Below are positions 58,866 through 64,000 of a DNA stretch of 64,000 nucleotides, in pieces. Source of the stretch: Eledone cirrhosa (lineage: Eukaryota). The stretch spans positions 133,176,001-133,240,000 of the forward strand of contig OZ024740.1 of NCBI GenBank assembly GCA_964016885.1. Direction: 5' to 3'. Under the pieces are notes generated by a model, which ran no database searches, had not been told where the DNA came from, and saw only the letters and a program-made list of their open reading frames with translations. A program made the position numbers and the translations under genes. Within the stretch, counting starts at the first letter, position 1. Each line of letters starts with the position of its first letter.

Positions 58866-59050
58866 AACGAAGGTAATGTTGTAAGGAACCAGGTGGACCA
58901 AAACGCACCAGTGTACTCAATACTGTGGGGAGTAGAGTGGGTAATAGGAACATTTTAAAGACCCCAACGGCAGAGTTCACGCCGTTTCGACGTCTATTCC
59001 TGGTCGAAACGACGTGAGCTCAGCCGTAGGGGTCTTAAACATTTTCCTAT
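58866..59050. mobile_element. Diverged fold-back copy of the variant-hammerhead family
   Basis: Matches 4762-4957 by eye. Confidence 0.75.
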
Positions 59051-59061
59051 ATATATATATA

Positions 59062-59780
59062 TCTTGGTTGTCCAACGTAAACAATGATGACATCTTCTTT
59101 ATTGTTGTTCCCGTCTGCCGTGGGCACGAAGGTGGCTTTGGAGGCCGATCCATGACTTGCAGTTCTGGGGACAGTGGAGGCAGGAGAAGAGACTGGAATC
59201 AGACCGGCATCTCCCAGAGGTTACCTCCACTCCTCGCCCATCGCAGCAGGGATTGGGAGTGCACGTAAAACAAGAAACCTGTGCGGGAAAGGTTTATAGT
59301 GGGAGGATCAGTGCACAGTGACGGTCCCACTCACTCTGCCGCAGAAGCCAGAATCCTGTGGTACGGAGGACCGTCACAACCAGGGACTTCCTTGGCTGCA
59401 GTGGATGGCCATGACGTCTGTAGTGCCTTGCCATGCCCTAGCGCTCCACACCGCTTGCTGTCGCTGCCTTTGTGACCGTTGGGACAATGTTGTCCTTCTC
59501 CACTCACTCCGCCGGGTCCAGTCTTCTCATGCAGGGGAAGGCACCGCCTATCTAAATCACCATGGGGTTTCAGACGCATTCGTCTACCCTCAACCTGATT
59601 CGGCCCGCCAGCCCAGGCGGTTTACCGGAGTGTGGCCGCTGTCGCATACTACAGCTTCTTGGGGCCACAGGTAAGAGATGAGTGTCAGGTGGGACTCAAT
59701 ACAGGAGTAGCTGTCCTCAAAAGGGCATGGCTAGCCCTCCCTACAGAGGTACATGCCCCTCCATGACAGCCCAGGCATAT
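59062..59780 (-). mobile_element. Non-autonomous bipartite RTE derivative (5' UTR-like part joined to ORF end and 3' tail)
   Basis: Ends with HCPQNCKSWIGLQSHLRAH..* and a short tail. The GC-rich structured 5' part has no ORF. Confidence 0.65.
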
Positions 59781-59839
59781 AAACACGCTTATACATACTC
59801 ATACATATGTACATGTTTATATACATATTTACACATTTT

Positions 59840-60032
59840 TTGATGGCCGTTGACTCTTAGGAGTTCTTCCGCCCTTTGTCAGGTTTGTTTTTTGTCCTGC
59901 AGGGTATCCAAAATCACCCTCCTCACCAAGTAAACTTGGTGGGGGTTGCCAGTTTAGTCGCCGACGACCCAACCATGCGACAGCTTGTACTGGTTTAGAT
60001 GTTACGAGTAGCACCCAAGAATGACCTGACAT
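59840..60032 (-). mobile_element. Repeat fragment, probable RTE-type 5' UTR
   Basis: Homologous to 28170-28352 and adjoins (ATAC)n and an RTE 3' end. Confidence 0.5.
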
Positions 60033-60175
60033 ATATATACATACATACATACATACATACATACATACATACATACATACATACATACATGGTGGCTGCC
60101 AACTCGTTTTCGAGTACGGCCACTACTTTATATCCATGTAGGAGAACCCCTACCGATGCGCTGAACGAATGTGAC

Positions 60176-60245
<70 letters not shown>

Positions 60246-60550
60246 TACATAATATATATTTAGTCAGGTTACTGTAAGAAAAAAGACATTTTCTTATAAT
60301 TCTGCTATGTTTGGAGTGATTCATAAATTCCCACGCGTATTATTGGAAATTCATAGAGGGACTTGTGTTTTTGTTTACATGGATGCATACCTGATTTGCA
60401 TTAGGCGTTTTAGCTTTGCTTATTCATTTAAGCATTAGATTTCTGCACAAAATCATTTACGCTGGGAATTTGGTATGCAAATTATGTAATTATGTGCATG
60501 TAAAATACCATGAGTTCAAGTACATTCATATATAAACAAATATACAGATA

Positions 60551-60562
60551 TACTACTACTAT

Positions 60563-60650
<88 letters not shown>

Positions 60651-60683
60651 AAGAAGAAGAAGAAGAAGAAGAAGAAGAAGAAG
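60551..60683. repeat. Compound (TAC)n(AAG)n microsatellite
   Basis: Read directly from the sequence. Confidence 0.97.
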
Positions 60684-61659
60684 CACGAGGTGGCGGAAGG
60701 TCATGAAATCGCTCCCGTAAGATTTGAATTTTTAACATATTAAATCATTTGTGAAATAACAACTCTTAGTACAAATGCTACGTAAAGCATCCGGCTTGAG
60801 CCCCAAAAAATTCGGACCCAAAATATATTGTTATAAGGCTCAAATATTCAAATATTCAACTTTGTATTGTACATTGTATATTCAAAAAAGAAAATGGCTA
60901 TAAATGGAAGAAGAACCCCCCCCCCACCCTCCTCTGTCTACGCTATATAGAACAGCCAAACAACACCAATCTCACCAACATCAGAAACTAGATACAACAC
61001 CTACCCCATCACCTCTCTGTGTACACTAAACACAACAGCCAGATAACGGCAATTTCACCACCACCACTCACTACTGCCATCATTACCACCACTATCCCAT
61101 CACCGCCGCCACCACTCCTTCATTGCTACCACCGCTACAACACCATCACTACAGTAATACAATCACATCACCACCGCCACTGCCTCGGTATCGACATCAC
61201 CACCACCACTGTCTCAGTATCGATACCGCCGCTACTGTCTCCCACATCTCCCCGCCGCCACTACTCTTTCAATGCTACCACCACTATTCCCCTGTTAACT
61301 TGAGAGAGAGAGGGGAAGGTGGCGGTATCACTAGACAAGGGAAAGGCTAGCAAAAGATATAAATAGATTGACTTAGTGACCTGGCCACGGCCAAACGTCA
61401 ACGTCAACAACTATGGGACTGCTGGCTCACCCCTTCCTCACCAACAATATTAACAGCCCCGGCACCACCACCGACATAGCCAACAACAATAACAGCCAAC
61501 TACAACTAAAAGTATATTATATTATTGTAATGCTCTGGGTGATTGCTGGCCTTGTGCCTGGAGTGGAGACAATTATTAATAATTTCATTCTTAAGCCACG
61601 CAATGCTCACATTAAGGAACCACTCATGATAATAACAATTTAAAAAAAACAACAAAAAG

Positions 61660-64000
61660 AAAACCCCGTGAGCAAGAAATACCGGGATGGCGGCCGGCGG
61701 GGAATAGCCGTGTCTCTAATGGAGAACGACCCCTCTAGTCTTGGTTGACACTCGTTCTAGAAGTGGTAACACGAAATGATTACCCCTTGGCGGATAAGGA
61801 TAAAACGCGACAAAATAAAGTAAATGTCTAATGATAAAATCTCATACCGGATCGGCCGTCACCCGGGTAAAAAAGGGCCGAGTCCCTCAGAGAGGAACCA
61901 GACTGGGGTCGAAAAATCAGCTAATGGTTCAAACCTTCCCATCACTTCGGAGCTGGAGACCTTCCATAACCGGAATACTCCTACTGTTGGCCCTCCATGC
62001 TCACCACCAAGAAATCCAAAGAAAAAGAGAGAAAAATGGTCAAGGGAAGATAATAAAGAAGTCCTTGAGGCTTTCTACACTTTCATGTACTACCCATCAA
62101 ATACATCGAATACAGAACAGACATATATCAACTGGAAAAAGAAACATCCCGAAAACAGAGGCTATATTGACAGTAACAAACTAGCTAATATACGAAGAAA
62201 TATTGTAAGAAAAAAGTTACTAACTGATATAGAAATTGATCAGATCAAACTATTAGCGCAAAGTCAGCGAAGGGAAAATGAAACATGTGTCAGTGAAAAC
62301 GAGGTAAACTGTAACACTTCGAATCCCAGGGTTGGGGCGGAATCACTGGCAACAGAACAAATTAAAGAAAGGATCGAAAAAGTGGAGGGAGTGCTTGCTC
62401 AGGGTGAAACTCCAAATGAAAATAATGAGATCGTAAATGATAAAGAAATGAATGAGAATGAACTTGCCAACTTGAAGGATGAAATTATGATCGAATGGAT
62501 GAAAATGAAAGAATCTGACATGGGGCAACGAGACACCCTCCCTAAGATACAGAACTCCAAACAGAACCAAAAGATAATACACAAGACTAACATAATTCTC
62601 AAAAACATTATCATCACAAACAAACTAAACATTACTGATTTAAATCATCTCTATTATGCATCGGCTAAAGTCACCACTCACTTATGTGGAGTGAAGATGA
62701 AAAAACAAAGGAATTCCCACAAGAAATCTACTTGGCAAGAGAACATCAATCGCCAAATAAACCTTCTCCGATCTGACATAGAAATTTTAACAAACTATAA
62801 AGTAGGTGAACATGTTAAACAAACTGAACTTAGAAAATTGAAAAAAAAGTACAGTATAAAATCAACATGTGACATAGACATGCTGATAGAAATAATCAAG
62901 CAAAAATTGTCGGCCAAAGATGCTCGTATAAGGCGCTTTGAAAAACGATCTAGATTCTATAAGGACAATAATATGTTCAAAAATAACCAAAGAAACTTCT
63001 ACAGAAAAATTGGTAAGTCAACAATAACTGCTAAATAAATACCACCCAAGGAGGAAGTGCAAGTATTCTGGGAAAAGATCTGGGCCGAAGAAAAAGTTCA
63101 TAACATACATGCCCCATAGATAGACAGACAAATGAAAGATACAGCTCACCTTGAGGAACAAACATGGGAAAATATAACAGTTGAACAGTTGCGCTTGGCT
63201 CTAAGAAAAACCAGCAAATGGAAATCCCCAGGAAAAGACAAAATACAAAACTTTTGGATAAATGCCTTCACAGAGTCTCATGAGCTGTTAGCCCAACTTT
63301 ACAATGAAATAGTTAAGGAGCCAGAAAAGATACCGTCATGGCTAGTTAACGGCATTACATTCCTGCTTCCGAAGAATGATGAGACAAACAATCCCAAAAA
63401 TTATAAGACCGATAACTTGCTTGACCACAATGTATAAAATGTTAACATCAGTCCTAACTGAATACACATATGACCACCTGATAACAAATGACCTATTTTC
63501 CATTGAGCAGAAAGGGTATAAACGAGGCTCATATGGCTGTAAGGATCAGCTTTTGGTTAACAAAATGATACTGGAAGATTGTCATAATAGACACAAAAAT
63601 CTATCGATTGCTTGGATAGATTATAAAAAAGCATTTGATAGTTTGCCACACAGTTGGATTGAAAAATGTTTAAAGTATCCCCCGTTGTCAGGAGGTTTTT
63701 GTTATTCAGTATGAAGACATGGAAAAAACGACACTCCTTTTGAATAGTGAAACAAAATCACTGGAAGCTGGAGAAGTTAATATTAATTGTGGAATTTTTC
63801 AGGGTGACTCTTTATCACCGCTTTTATTCTGCATCGCACTTTATACCATTAAGTAAAATGCTCAATGAAACAAAACATGGATATAAAGTCTATGACAAAA
63901 CCATTAATCACTTGTTCTACATGGGTGACCTGAAACTATTTGCAAAAAATGATGAACGATTGCAAGGTCTATTATCCACTGTGGAGCAATTCAGTGATGA
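61660..64000 (+). mobile_element. R4/Dong-like (RLE-type) non-LTR retrotransposon, 5' part; disrupted ORF from 61824; continues beyond the window
   Basis: KREKWSREDNKEVLEAFY, KSPGKDKIQNFW, RPITCL, AWIDYKKAFDSLPHSW, GIFQGDSLSPLLF, NHLFYMGDLKLF. No APE domain precedes the RT. Confidence 0.88.

Noticed and set aside
61660-61800. HDV-like ribozyme expected at the R4-type 5' end
   Set aside because: I could not build the P1/P2/P3/P1.1 pseudoknot by eye.

Overview
AT-rich, microsatellite-dense eukaryotic DNA with no supportable host gene. It is probably an intergenic or intronic region of a cephalopod (Octopus-like) genome, inferred from the SINE family and repeat content. Almost everything recognisable is a retroelement: a frameshifted RTE LINE (~6.2-10.5 kb), a frameshifted L1/Tx1 LINE (~34.3-40.1 kb), an R4/Dong-type element running off the right edge, a 5'-truncated Penelope-like element (PLE) with an open RT+GIY-YIG frame and inverted pseudo-LTRs (~53.4-57.5 kb), older PLE and LINE remnants, tRNA-derived SINEs and a mariner fragment. 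The main signal is a dense set of type I hammerhead ribozyme (HHR) motifs, read by eye, in elements inserted into (TA)n arrays. Several sit in non-coding units of about 315, 483, 570, 632 and 646 bp, each present as slightly more than one tandem copy, in four cases followed by an inverted copy. This is the footprint expected of retrozyme-like circular RNAs mobilised by PLE RT. Two unrelated units share a 29-nt motif, and one multicopy family has a non-canonical HHR core. All folds and translations outside the ORF track were done by hand, and coordinates may be off by a few bases.
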